Assembly: GCA_963842525.1 (NCBI GenBank)
Contig: CAWJGT010000011.1
Location: 160,001 to 224,000 of the forward strand
Length of the DNA: 64,000 nt
Source of the DNA: an uncultured Holophagales bacterium
Lineage (GTDB): Bacteria > Acidobacteriota > Thermoanaerobaculia > Multivoradales > UBA5704
Direction of reading: 5' to 3'
How positions within the stretch are numbered: the first letter of the stretch is position 1; the number at the start of each line of letters is the position of its first letter. The notes below the pieces were generated by a model that saw only the letters and a list, made by a program, of their open reading frames with translations, was not told where the DNA came from and did not search any database. Positions 52,011 to 64,000 of this stretch are shown piece after piece. The position numbers were made by a program, and so were the translations under genes.

Positions 52011-52841
52011 ATGTTCAGATTTCACCGGGTCGGATTGGTTCTTCTCTCGGGTCACCTCCTGGTCATGCTCAGCATGCCGGCGAGCGCCGCGGAAAAGGCG
52101 GCGCCGCTGGCAATTGGGGAGACCTTCACCATTGCGTCCAAGGTCCTGGGCGAGACCCGGCGCATCAATGTCTACCTGCCGCCTGGCTATGCGGCGTCTC
52201 CCGATGCGCGGGTCCCTGTACTCTACATGCCGGACGGCGGCATGGCCGAGGATTTCCTGCACGTGGCCGGCCTGGTGCAGGTCTCGGTGGGCAATGGGAC
52301 GATGCGCCCTTTCCTGCTGGTGGGGATCGAGAATACCGAGCGTCGCCGCGATATGACAGGCCCTACGGAGAACGACGAAGACAAAAAGATCGCGCCGCGG
52401 GTGGGAGGCTCCGCGGCGTTCCGAAGGTTCCTCCGCGAGGAGCTCATGCCGCAGGTGAAGAGCCGCTATCGCACGACCCAGGAAACAGCGATCGTTGGGG
52501 AGTCCCTCGCCGGGCTGTTCGTGGTGGAGACGTTTCTCCTGGAGCCGGATCTGTTTGACACCTATCTGGCCTTTGACCCCAGTCTCTGGTGGAACAACGA
52601 GAAGCTGGTCCAGGGAGCCGGGGAGAGGCTGCGTGCGCGGCCCAAGCTGGAGAAGACGCTGTATCTTGCGAGCAGCGACGAAAAGGGAATTGCGGAGCCT
52701 ACGCAGCGATTCGCGGAGATCCTCGGCAAGAACGCGCCCGCCGGCGTCCGTTGGCACTACGAGAAGATGCCGGAGGAGAAGCACTCGACGATCTATCATC
52801 CCGCCGCGCTGAAGGCCTTTCGCGCGGTGTTCAAGCCGTAG
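52011..52841 (+). CDS. Alpha/beta hydrolase, IroE/Fes-like esterase
   Basis: RRINVYLPPGY, VLYMPDG, GESLAG, PSLWW. Confidence 0.85.
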   Translation: MFRFHRVGLVLLSGHLLVMLSMPASAAEKAAPLAIGETFTIASKVLGETRRINVYLPPGYAASPDARVPVLYMPDGGMAEDFLHVAGLVQVSVGNGTMRPFLLVGIENTERRRDMTGPTENDEDKKIAPRVGGSAAFRRFLREELMPQVKSRYRTTQETAIVGESLAGLFVVETFLLEPDLFDTYLAFDPSLWWNNEKLVQGAGERLRARPKLEKTLYLASSDEKGIAEPTQRFAEILGKNAPAGVRWHYEKMPEEKHSTIYHPAALKAFRAVFKP

Positions 52842-52928
52842 GCGCGGTCAGGAAGCCTTGGCGCACCTTCTCAAGAGAGAGCTGTGTGTGCGAGGAGGGA
52901 GCACTCACCGCGGAAAGGAGGTGATCCC

Positions 52929-52985
52929 ATGAAGATCAGGACCAACGTCAAGGCCGGTACCGAGAACATCGTCTGGGGGACGTAG
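52929..52985 (+). CDS. 18-aa micropeptide MKIRTNVKAGTENIVWGT (putative RiPP/signal precursor)
   Basis: Perfect SD AAAGGAGGTGAT; tandem paralogue at 53036. Confidence 0.75.
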   Translation: MKIRTNVKAGTENIVWGT

Positions 52986-53035
52986 TCGTCCTGAGGCTCG
53001 GCGTCCGTCGCTGAACCCGGAAAGGAGGTGATCCC

Positions 53036-53092
53036 ATGAAAGTCAGGACCAACGTCAAGGCTGGTGACGAGAACATCGTCTGGAGCGTGTAG
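53036..53092 (+). CDS. 18-aa micropeptide MKVRTNVKAGDENIVWSV
   Basis: Same SD and spacing, same length, synonymous changes versus copy 1. Confidence 0.75.
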   Translation: MKVRTNVKAGDENIVWSV

Positions 53093-53216
53093 TCGGCTCG
53101 ATACTGGAGTCAACCCTGAAGCTCTCCTTGACCCGCTCCGGCGGAGCTGTTCGGCGGAGCGGGGCGCCATGCCAGGTGTGGGCCGGCAGGCCGGTTTGTG
53201 GTACCTTCTTCCTGCG

Positions 53217-54174
53217 GTGTTCCTCCCCCTGAAAAGAGTCCCCGGACGGCGTTCCCAGCCGGAGAGCGTCCCGGCCCAGGGCCTGCTCGACTTCGGTGCA
53301 TCCACGGTGGCCGCGGAGCCAGAATCCATGGTGGAGCCCTTGCCGGCCAAGCCTCCGCCGCCTCCCAGGCCCCGCTCGGAGGGGCCTCCTCTGCGCGTGG
53401 GCGTGCTCGGCTCGGGGAGCGGCGGCAATGCGGTGATCGTCGAGTCCGGCAAGCACCGGATCCTCCTCGACGCCGGGTTCTCGTGCCGCGAGCTGGTCCG
53501 CCGGATGAAGACGCTCAGCTTCGATCCGATGACGATCGAGGCGCTTGTCCTCACCCATGAGCACCAGGACCACTGCAAGGGAGCCGACGGCTTCGCCAAG
53601 CGGTTCAAGGTGCCGGTCTGGGCCACAGCCGGGACTTTGCTCGGCGCGGGGCTGCGGGAAGAGCGAGCCCGGTCGGCCGTGTTGGTCCGTTCGGGCGAGC
53701 GACGGGAAGTGGCGGGGTTCCAGATCGAGCCGTTCACGCTGCCGCACGATGCGCGTGAGCCGATCGGCATGGTTGTCGAGGACGGCCTCGGCCGCCGGGT
53801 GGGGCTCGTGGCCGACCTGGGCTGCCGGTCGAGCCTGGCGTGGGCGCGGCTCCAGGATCTCGACGTCCTGATCCTGGAGACCAACCACGACCTGGACATG
53901 CTGCGCAACGGCCCTTATCCCTGGAGCCTGAAACAGCGGGTGGCCGGCCGCCACGGTCACCTGTTCGAACCGGGAGGCCGCGGAAGGCCTCCCCGAGCTC
54001 ATGAACGACCGCCTGCGCTGGGTGGTCCTGTACCACCTGTCCCGGACGAACAATCTGCCCGCACTCGCCGCGGAGGCGATCGGCGCGGCGCTCGACCGGG
54101 AAGGGTGCTCCGCCCAGATGGCCGTGAGCGAGCAGTTCCACCCGACCCCGTGGCTCGAGGTCGACTGGAGGTGA
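53217..54174 (+). CDS. MBL-fold metallo-hydrolase, YycJ/WalJ-like (start uncertain; frameshift near 53965)
   Basis: LGSGSGGN, THEHQDH, PHDA, LETNHD, GHL|SN, YHLSRTNN. Confidence 0.85.
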
Positions 54175-54178
54175 ATTC

Positions 54179-54439
54179 GTGAGGGCACGAGTGACCGTCT
54201 ATCCGCGCCGCGAGATCCTGGACCCGCAGGGCAAGGCGATCCGCGACGCTCTGGCCCGCGTCGGCTTCGCCGGCGTGGAGGATGTGCGCGCCGGCAAGAG
54301 CTTCGATATCCGCCTGGGCACCGACGATCCGGAGCGGGCCGGCCGCGAGCTGAAGGACATGTGCGACAAGCTCCTCGCCAATACCGTGGTCGAGGACTAT
54401 GCGATCGAGCTTCTCGAAACGGAGGGAAGCCATCCATGA
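54179..54439 (+). CDS. purS: FGAM synthase subunit PurS
   Basis: LDPQGKAI, VRAGK.F, LLANTVVEDY. Confidence 0.95.
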   Translation: MRARVTVYPRREILDPQGKAIRDALARVGFAGVEDVRAGKSFDIRLGTDDPERAGRELKDMCDKLLANTVVEDYAIELLETEGSHP

Positions 54440-55146
54440 GGTGTGGCGTCGTCGTCTTCCCCGGGTCCAATTGCGACCACGACGTCTATCATGTTTTGAA
54501 GCACGTCCTGGAGCAGGACGTGACGTTTCTCTGGCATCAGGACGAAACGCTCCAAGGCAGCGACCTGGTGGTCCTGCCGGGCGGATTCTCCTATGGCGAC
54601 TATCTGCGGGCCGGAGCGCTGGCCTCCCTGTCGCCGGTCATGGCCGCGGTCCGGCGCCACGCCGAGGCGGGCGGGCTCGTGCTCGGCATCTGCAACGGCT
54701 TCCAGGTGCTCCTGGAGACCGGCCTGCTGCCCGGCGCCATGCGGCGCAACGCCAACCTCCGTTTCCAGTGCAAGGACGTCCACCTGAAAGTCGAGAGGGA
54801 CGACCTCCCCTTCACCCGCAAGCTGAAGGCGGGGCAGATCCTGCGGATGCCCATTGCGCATGCCGAAGGGAATTACGAGGACGCACCCGAGAAGCTCGAC
54901 GCCCTGGAGACGGCCGGCCAGGTGGTCTTCCGCTACTGCTCGGCCGAAGGCGTCATTACATCCGAGGCCAATCCCAACGGCGCGGCGCGCAACATCGCCG
55001 GTATTTGCAACGCGGACGGCAACGTCCTCGGCCTGATGCCCCATCCGGAGCGGTGCTCCGAGGCGGTGCTGAGTAATACAGACGGCCTCGCTCTGTTTGC
55101 GAGCGCGATCGAAGTGGGAAGCAGGGTGCTGGGGGCGGTGCGATGA
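54436..55146 (+). CDS. purQ: FGAM synthase glutaminase subunit PurQ
   Basis: [31 protein letters not shown]. Confidence 0.96.
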   Translation: MRCGVVVFPGSNCDHDVYHVLKHVLEQDVTFLWHQDETLQGSDLVVLPGGFSYGDYLRAGALASLSPVMAAVRRHAEAGGLVLGICNGFQVLLETGLLPGAMRRNANLRFQCKDVHLKVERDDLPFTRKLKAGQILRMPIAHAEGNYEDAPEKLDALETAGQVVFRYCSAEGVITSEANPNGAARNIAGICNADGNVLGLMPHPERCSEAVLSNTDGLALFASAIEVGSRVLGAVR

Positions 55147-57350
55147 CGACGATGGCTGCCGAGCCGCAGATCACCCCCGAGGTCGTCCGCCGGCACATGA
55201 CGGACGAGGAGTACGAGCGGCTGCGGGGCATCCTCGGCCGCGATCCGAGCTGGACCGAGCTGGGGATCACCTCGGCGCTGTGGTCCGAGCACTGCTCCTA
55301 CAAGTCCTCCAAGGTCTATCTGCGCGAGTTTCCGACCGAGGGGCCGCACGTCGTTCAGGGGCCTGGCGAGAACGCCGGGATCGTGGACATCGGCCACGGC
55401 TGGGTGGCGGCGTTCAAGATGGAGTCGCACAACCACCCGAGCTACATCGAGCCCTACCAGGGAGCGGCGACCGGAGTGGGTGGCATCCTGCGCGACATCT
55501 TCACCATGGGAGCGCGGCCGATCGCCTGCATGGATTCGCTGCGTTTCGGCGAGATCGACGCGCCGCGCATGCGCTTCCTGATCGACGGCGTGGTACGCGG
55601 CATCGGCGACTACGGCAACTGCGTGGGCATCCCGACCGTGGGCGGTGAAACGGGTTTCCACCGCTGCTACAACGGCAACATCCTGGTCAATGCCTTCGCC
55701 CTGGGGATCGCCCGCCGCGACCGCATCTTCCATGCACGGGCAAGCGGCCCGGGTAATCCTGTTCTTTATGTGGGCAGCCGCACGGGGCGGGACGGCATCC
55801 ATGGCGCCACCATGGCCTCGGAGTCGTTCGACGCTGAAAGCGAGCAGAAGCGGCCGACCGTGCAGGTGGGCGACCCCTTCACCGAAAAGGTGCTGCTCGA
55901 AGCCTGCCTGGAGGCGATGCGCACCGGCGCCATCGTGGCCATTCAGGACATGGGCGCCGCGGGCCTGACCAGCTCGTCCTTCGAAATGGCCGGCCGCGGC
56001 GGCACCGGCCTGCGGCTCGACCTCGATCACGTGCCGCTGCGCGAGCCGGGGCTCACCCCCTACGAGATGATGCTCTCCGAGTCCCAGGAGCGCATGGTCC
56101 TGGTGGCGAAGCGTGGCCGCGAGGAGGAGCTGGCCAGGGTCTTCCGGCGCTGGGGCCTGGAGGTGGCGCCGATCGGCGAGGTGACCGACACCGGCCGCGC
56201 CGTCCTGGTCTGGAAGGGCGACGTGGTGGCCGACATCCCGATCCGGCCGCTGACCGAGGAGGCTCCGGTCTATCGCCGCCCGGTCGCCGAGCCCGCGGAC
56301 CTCGCCGAACGCTGGCGCGCTCCGGAGGTGCCCCAGCCGAGCGACCTGCGGGGGACGCTCGAGCGGCTCCTCGCGACCCCGGAATTCGCCAGCAAGGCCT
56401 GGATCTGGACCCAGTACGACCACACCGTGCGCACCAACACGGTCCAGGGGCCGGGTGCCGATGCCGCGGTGCTGCTGCTCAAGGGCACGCCGTCGGGACT
56501 CGCCATGACCTCGGACGTCAATCCGGTCTATTGCCAGCTCGACCCGCGGCGGGGCGGCGCCCAGGCGGTGGCCGAGGCGGTGCGCAACCTCGCCTGCGCC
56601 GGGGCCGATCCCGTGGGGCTGACCGACTGCCTGAACTTCGGCAACCCGGAAAACCCGGAGATCTCGTGGCAGTTCCGCGAGGCGATCCGCGGCATGTCCG
56701 ACGCCTGCCGGGCTCTGGGCGTGCCGGTCATCTCGGGCAATGTCTCGTTTTACAACGAGACCGAGGGGCAGTCGATCAATCCGACGCCGACCGTCGCCGT
56801 GGTGGGCGTCGTTCCGAACGTGGCGAACGTCCCCAATCCGGGGTTCCTGCACGCTGGGGACCGCGTCGTCCTGCTCGGCCGCGACAGGTCCGAATTCGGC
56901 GGCTCGGCGTGGCTGCGGCTGCTCCATGGCATCGAGCAGGGCCGGCCGCCGGAGGTAGACCTCGACGCCGAGCTGCGCCTCGCGCGGCTGCTGCGCGGCC
57001 TGATCGCCAAAGGGCTGGTCCGCACGGCGCACGACCTCTCGGATGGTGGCTTCCTGATCGCTCTGGCGGAGGCCTGTCTGACCCGCGGCCTGGGAGCCAC
57101 CGTCGAGGTGCCGCTCGAAGGGGCGGACCTGTTTTCGGAGACGCAGGCCCGGGCGATCGTCGCCTGCCCGCCGGCCTCGGCCGAGCGGGTGCTGCGCGCC
57201 GCCGAAGAGGCGGGAGTGCCATTCGCGGACATCGGCGAGGTAGGGGGCTCGGATCTGGTCGTCCGCTCGGGCGGCGAGCTCCTGCGGGCCCCGGTGGCCG
57301 GTCTGCACCAGATCTGGTCAACCGCGCTGCCGCAGGCGTTGGGGTTGTAG
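55143..57350 (+). CDS. purL: FGAM synthase subunit PurL
   Basis: [39 protein letters not shown]. Confidence 0.97.
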   Translation: MTTMAAEPQITPEVVRRHMTDEEYERLRGILGRDPSWTELGITSALWSEHCSYKSSKVYLREFPTEGPHVVQGPGENAGIVDIGHGWVAAFKMESHNHPSYIEPYQGAATGVGGILRDIFTMGARPIACMDSLRFGEIDAPRMRFLIDGVVRGIGDYGNCVGIPTVGGETGFHRCYNGNILVNAFALGIARRDRIFHARASGPGNPVLYVGSRTGRDGIHGATMASESFDAESEQKRPTVQVGDPFTEKVLLEACLEAMRTGAIVAIQDMGAAGLTSSSFEMAGRGGTGLRLDLDHVPLREPGLTPYEMMLSESQERMVLVAKRGREEELARVFRRWGLEVAPIGEVTDTGRAVLVWKGDVVADIPIRPLTEEAPVYRRPVAEPADLAERWRAPEVPQPSDLRGTLERLLATPEFASKAWIWTQYDHTVRTNTVQGPGADAAVLLLKGTPSGLAMTSDVNPVYCQLDPRRGGAQAVAEAVRNLACAGADPVGLTDCLNFGNPENPEISWQFREAIRGMSDACRALGVPVISGNVSFYNETEGQSINPTPTVAVVGVVPNVANVPNPGFLHAGDRVVLLGRDRSEFGGSAWLRLLHGIEQGRPPEVDLDAELRLARLLRGLIAKGLVRTAHDLSDGGFLIALAEACLTRGLGATVEVPLEGADLFSETQARAIVACPPASAERVLRAAEEAGVPFADIGEVGGSDLVVRSGGELLRAPVAGLHQIWSTALPQALGL

Positions 57351-57392
57351 CCGGAGAATTTTGCTAATCGTTCTCTCGTTGACATTCAAGCC

Positions 57393-58784
57393 ATGTGCGG
57401 CATCTTCGGCATCGACGGCGCGGACGACGCAGCAAACCTGACCTATCTGGGGCTCTATGCGCTCCAGCACCGGGGTCAGGAGAGCGCCGGCATCGTCTCG
57501 TGGGACGGCAGGCAGATCCACTGCGAGCGGGGCATGGGGCTCGTGTCGGACATCTTCAAGGAGAACGTGATCGCGCGTCTGCCGGGCCGGCGAGCGCTCG
57601 GGCACACCCGCTATTCGACCGCGGGCTCCAGCGTGGTGGCCAACGCCCAGCCGATCGTGGTCAAGACCTCGATGGGTCCGTTGGGCATCGTCCACAATGG
57701 CAACCTGGTCAATCCCAACGAGATCCGGCAGCGGCTGGAGAGCGAGGGCTCGATCTTCCAGACGACGAGCGACACCGAGGTGATTCTCCACCTCATGGCG
57801 CGCAACCTGCGCCGGGACGTCGCCGAGTCCTTCATGCTGGCCCTGGAGCACGTGCGGGGCGCCTACTCGCTCCTCCTGATCACCCAGGACTCCCTGATCG
57901 CGGCGCGCGATCCGAACGGCTTCCGGCCGCTGGTGCTGGGGGATCTGGACGGCAAGCCCTGCTTCGCGTCGGAGAGCTGCGCCTTCGACCTTCTGGGAGC
58001 GCGGGCAGTGCGCGAGCTGGAGCCTGGAGAGGTGGTCGTGGCCCGCGACGGCCGGGTCGAGAGCTACCACCTGGAGCAGAGGCCGGAGCCGAGCCGCTGC
58101 ATCTTCGAGCACGTCTACTTCGCCCGTCCGGACAGCCGGCTCTTCGGCGATTCGGTCGCCCAGACGCGGCTCAAGATGGGAGCTCGGCTGGCGCGCGAGG
58201 CCGCAGTGCCTGCGGACATCGTGGTGCCGGTGCCGGACAGCGGTCTCTACGCGGCCATGGGCTACAGCCGGGAGTCGGGCCTGCCGCTCGAATTCGGGCT
58301 GACCCGCAACCACTACGTGGGACGGACCTTTATCGAGCCCAAGCAGTCGATCCGGAACTTCGGGGTGAAGATCAAGCTCAACCCGGTGCGCGAGCTGCTC
58401 GAAGACCGCAAGGTGGTGCTGGTGGACGACTCGATCGTCCGCGGCACGACCTCGCGCAAGATCGTCCGCATGGTGCGGGAAGGAGGCGCCGCCGAGGTCC
58501 ACGTCCGCATCTCGGCACCGCCGACCGAATGGCCCTGCCACTACGGGATCGACACCCCGAGCCGCGACGAGCTGATCGCCGCGCGCAAATCGGTCGAGGA
58601 GATCCGCCAGTTCATCGGAGCGGACAGTCTCGCCTACCTCTCCCTCGAAGGCATGCTCGGCGCCGTCAGCGGTCCGCCGGACACCTACTGCACAGCCTGC
58701 TGGACCGGCAACTACCGCGTCCCCCTCTCCGCCTACGACCAACGCCAGGTCGAGCTGTTTCCGATTCGGGTGGAGGAGGGGTAA
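57393..58784 (+). CDS. purF: Amidophosphoribosyltransferase
   Basis: MCGIFG, LQHRGQE, VDDSIVRGTT. Confidence 0.97.
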   Translation: MCGIFGIDGADDAANLTYLGLYALQHRGQESAGIVSWDGRQIHCERGMGLVSDIFKENVIARLPGRRALGHTRYSTAGSSVVANAQPIVVKTSMGPLGIVHNGNLVNPNEIRQRLESEGSIFQTTSDTEVILHLMARNLRRDVAESFMLALEHVRGAYSLLLITQDSLIAARDPNGFRPLVLGDLDGKPCFASESCAFDLLGARAVRELEPGEVVVARDGRVESYHLEQRPEPSRCIFEHVYFARPDSRLFGDSVAQTRLKMGARLAREAAVPADIVVPVPDSGLYAAMGYSRESGLPLEFGLTRNHYVGRTFIEPKQSIRNFGVKIKLNPVRELLEDRKVVLVDDSIVRGTTSRKIVRMVREGGAAEVHVRISAPPTEWPCHYGIDTPSRDELIAARKSVEEIRQFIGADSLAYLSLEGMLGAVSGPPDTYCTACWTGNYRVPLSAYDQRQVELFPIRVEEG

Positions 58785-58833
58785 GATCTCCCGGGGACGA
58801 CAAAGAGTCGTCCGAAAAGATCGGGAGGCTGCG

Positions 58834-59196
58834 ATGAGCATTCCTGAAAAGAAACGCAAGCCGCTAAGCGCCGAGGACGAGATCCGGGCTCTCCTTGAGG
58901 AGGGGAGGATCTACGAGGCGATGAAGCTTCTGGAGAGCGCCGGCGACCGGGTTCCTGCGGACTCCAATCTCCGTGTGATCCTTGCGCCCCCGCAGTTCAG
59001 GCAAGTCGATGAGTTGGACGTCGATCGTACGCCAGAATTCAACTGGCTCCGAGCGAATTGGGACACTTACCTGGGAAAGTGGGTGGCCTTGGTCGGAGAG
59101 GAGCTCGTCGCCTGCGAGGACTCGCTCAAGGAGCTTCTCGCCCGGCTGCATCAGCGCAAGTTCGAGCGCAAACCCCTTATCCATCACCTTCTCTAG
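58834..59196 (+). CDS. DUF5678-like protein
   Basis: FNWLRAN...YLGKWVAL.GEELVA....L.EL. Confidence 0.65.
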   Translation: MSIPEKKRKPLSAEDEIRALLEEGRIYEAMKLLESAGDRVPADSNLRVILAPPQFRQVDELDVDRTPEFNWLRANWDTYLGKWVALVGEELVACEDSLKELLARLHQRKFERKPLIHHLL

Positions 59197-59199
59197 ACC

Positions 59200-61523
<2,324 letters not shown>

Positions 61524-61665
61524 GAGGCCTCCTCGGCAGGCATGCTATCCCGGGCCGGCTTCCGGTCGACCTCCGGTCGACTTCATCCGGGCCGCTCCAG
61601 GGTAGAATGCGCGCCGCCTGCCTCGACAGCCGGCGTGCTGGATTCCCCGGAAGGAGAATGGACGT

Positions 61666-63294
61666 TTGAACCTCGAGAATCGGAAGATCCTTGTGCTCGG
61701 AGGCTACGGCCTCGTGGGCATGGCGGTGTGCCGCGAGCTGCTCCAGCGCAGGCCCCGCGAGATCCAGATCCATAGCCTGAAGGTCGAAGAGTCGGAGAGG
61801 GCCCGCGAGGAGCTGGCCGCCGAGGCCGGGGAGACCCGCCTTTCCGTGTCGGCCGGCAACATCTTCGGGCTCGCCGAGACCGACGACAAGCGGGAGAAGA
61901 TCCGGGCGGAGCTCCACCCCCTGAGCGACGAGCACCTGTCTGTCTTCCTGCTCTACAGGCTGCTCGTCGCCTCGAAGCCCGACGTGGTCATCGATTGCGT
62001 CAACACGGCGACCGGCATCGCATACGGCAACATCTTCCGCTCGGCCGAGGAGCTGCTGCGGCAGCTCGACGGCGGCGCCATCGAGCCGGCCGGGGCCGAG
62101 GCCCTCCTCGACGCCCTCTACATGCCCCGCCTGATCCGGCACATCCAGGTGGTCTATCGAGGCCTGAGCGATGCCGGCACGCGCGTGTACGTGAAGATCG
62201 GTACGACCGGCACGGGGGGCATGGGTCTCAACATCCCGTATACGCACTCCGAGGAGCGCCCGAGCCGCGTCCTGCTGTCGAAGAGCGCCATCGCCGGAGC
62301 GCAGTCCATGCTCCTCTTCCTGATGGCGCGTACTCCCGGTGCCCCCGTCACCAAGGAGATCAAGCCGGCCGCGGTCATTGCCTGGAAGCGCATCGGCTAT
62401 GGCCCGATCCCGCGCGGCGGGCGGCCCCTGCGGCAAGTGGAGACCCGGCCGCAGCCTCTCGGGGAGACTTTTTCGAGCGACGATCCCTCGGCCGGCCGCG
62501 AGCTCGATGCTCTCTATGAGAACGTTTTCATCGACACCGGCGAGAACGGGATGTTCAGCCTGGAGGAGTTCGTCGCGGTGTCGAGCGGCGACCAGATGGA
62601 ATTCGTCACGCCCGAGGAGATCGCGCAGTACACGGTGTTCGAGATCGAGGGGCGCCAGACCGGGCACGACATCGTCAACGCCTTGGACGGCGCGGTGCTG
62701 GGGCCCACCTACCGCGCGGGCATCCTGCGGCACCGGGCGATCGAGCTGATGAACGAGCTCGAGGCGCGGCACGGCGCCCACAGCGTCGCCTTCGAGATGC
62801 TGGGGCCGCCGCGCAACTCGAAGCTCCTCTTCGAGGCCCACCTCCTGCGCCTGGCCTTCGGCAGCATCAAGGACGTGCGCGCCGCCACGCCCGAGCAGGT
62901 GCGCGACGGGCTCGACCGCCTGGTGCGGACGCAGCCGGACGTGGCGAACCAGGTCGCCGCCGTGGGCATCCCGATCCTCCTCGATTCGGGCGAGGTCCTC
63001 CGCGGTCCGCGGGTCCTCGTCCCGGCGGGAGCCGAGAGCGAGCCGGTCACCCCGGAAAAGCTCGAGGCCTGGGTGCGGGACGGCTGGGCCGACCTCCGCC
63101 TCGCCAACTGCGCCCGCTGGATCGAGCGCTTCCGCCGCATCCACGAGGAGATCGAGTCGATCCCCGAGCACGACACGTCGAGCCGGTATCTGCGCAACCG
63201 CCGCTTCTGGCAAGGGGAAGCGACGATCCGGCCCGGCAAGATCGTCGGCTGGCTCCTCTCCGAGGAGGAGAAGGGGGCGCGGATCAAAAGGTGA
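61666..63294 (+). CDS. Rossmann-fold NAD(P)-binding protein of unknown function
   Basis: ILVLGGYGLVG, then conserved-looking GTTGTGGMGLNIPYTHSE. RBS AAGGAG before the TTG. Confidence 0.75.
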   Translation: MNLENRKILVLGGYGLVGMAVCRELLQRRPREIQIHSLKVEESERAREELAAEAGETRLSVSAGNIFGLAETDDKREKIRAELHPLSDEHLSVFLLYRLLVASKPDVVIDCVNTATGIAYGNIFRSAEELLRQLDGGAIEPAGAEALLDALYMPRLIRHIQVVYRGLSDAGTRVYVKIGTTGTGGMGLNIPYTHSEERPSRVLLSKSAIAGAQSMLLFLMARTPGAPVTKEIKPAAVIAWKRIGYGPIPRGGRPLRQVETRPQPLGETFSSDDPSAGRELDALYENVFIDTGENGMFSLEEFVAVSSGDQMEFVTPEEIAQYTVFEIEGRQTGHDIVNALDGAVLGPTYRAGILRHRAIELMNELEARHGAHSVAFEMLGPPRNSKLLFEAHLLRLAFGSIKDVRAATPEQVRDGLDRLVRTQPDVANQVAAVGIPILLDSGEVLRGPRVLVPAGAESEPVTPEKLEAWVRDGWADLRLANCARWIERFRRIHEEIESIPEHDTSSRYLRNRRFWQGEATIRPGKIVGWLLSEEEKGARIKR

Positions 63295-63460
63295 CCTCAC
63301 CCTGTCCCCCTCTCCCATCGCCCCCCCTGCCACCGGGAGAGGGGGGACGCTGATCAGGCGGCCTTGGCGAGCCCGAGCACAGCCGCTCCGGATGTGTTCC
63401 CCCTCTCCCGTTCGGGGTGGAGGGAGGGGGCCGCACGGGAGAGGGGGCAGGGGGAGAGGG

Positions 63461-64000
63461 CTACGGCACCTTCTTGGGCGGCACCGGCGGCGGCACCTTC
63501 TTCGGCGGGTTCTTCTTCAGCTCCTCCATCAGGTAGTCGATCGCCTTTTCGAGGCTGGGGTCGTGCCCCTTGGCGACCTCGTCCGGCCGGTCGATGACCT
63601 CGATGTCGGGCGCCACGCCCTCGTTCTCGATCGCCCACTGCCCTTCGGTCGTGTAGAACCGGAAGGAGGGAGCGCCGATCGAGCCGCCATCCACGAGGTC
63701 CGGTGTGAAGGAGAGGCCGATCAGGCCGCCCCAGGTGCGGGTGCCGATCAGCGGGCCGAGGCCGAGCTTCTTGAAGTAGAAGGGGAAGGCGTCGCCTCCC
63801 GAGCCCGCCTGACCGTTCATCAGCGTGACCTTCGGGCCGATATGGGAGAAGGCCGGCGTCGGTCCCGGCTCCAGGCCGCGCGTTGCCCAATAGCTGAGCC
63901 GCGGGCGGCTGATCAGGGCGACCATCCGGTCCGGGATGAAGCCTCCCTGGTTGTAGCGGTCGTCGAAGATCAGGGCGTCCTTGTTGGCCTGCGGATAGAA
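63461..64000 (-). CDS. Tricorn-like S41 protease, C-terminal part (runs off window)
   Basis: D.RYNQGG, GSGGD, GTRTWGG, ENEGV.PD, DP.LEKAI. Confidence 0.9.
   Translation of the reverse strand, partial: FYPQANKDALIFDDRYNQGGFIPDRMVALISRPRLSYWATRGLEPGPTPAFSHIGPKVTLMNGQAGSGGDAFPFYFKKLGLGPLIGTRTWGGLIGLSFTPDLVDGGSIGAPSFRFYTTEGQWAIENEGVAPDIEVIDRPDEVAKGHDPSLEKAIDYLMEELKKNPPKKVPPPVPPKKVP

Overview
High-GC bacterial DNA. Gene content and repeat style suggest Acidobacteriota/Thermoanaerobaculia (inference). Many single-base frameshifts look like long-read consensus errors. The left ~26 kb is accessory. It holds the 5' end of a type I hsdM, a secreted protein plus a beta-propeller/di-haem cytochrome c, and miaE. 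It then holds two divergently oriented integron-type cassette arrays (8.6-11.6 kb on the minus strand, 19.2-23.3 kb on the plus strand). Each array is headed by a homologous ~240-bp promoter + attI-like platform, and there is no intI in the window. An IS66 sits in one attI-like site, and a group II intron is inserted into the top-strand GT/T of an attC. Two copies of an IS110/IS1111 element sit at the same dinucleotide of a REP hairpin, and their 3' non-coding region shows readable bridge/seekRNA target and donor guides. TA modules, an RNA ligase and several REP families are interspersed. The right part is mostly housekeeping (ogt, maeB, ruvX, mltG, rhomboid, blaI/blaR-like, tRNA-Sec with a tiny decayed island, purSQLF, hemF, tricorn protease). 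It also carries two tandem 18-aa micro-ORFs (MK[I/V]RTNVKAG-xENIVW) that the ORF track missed.
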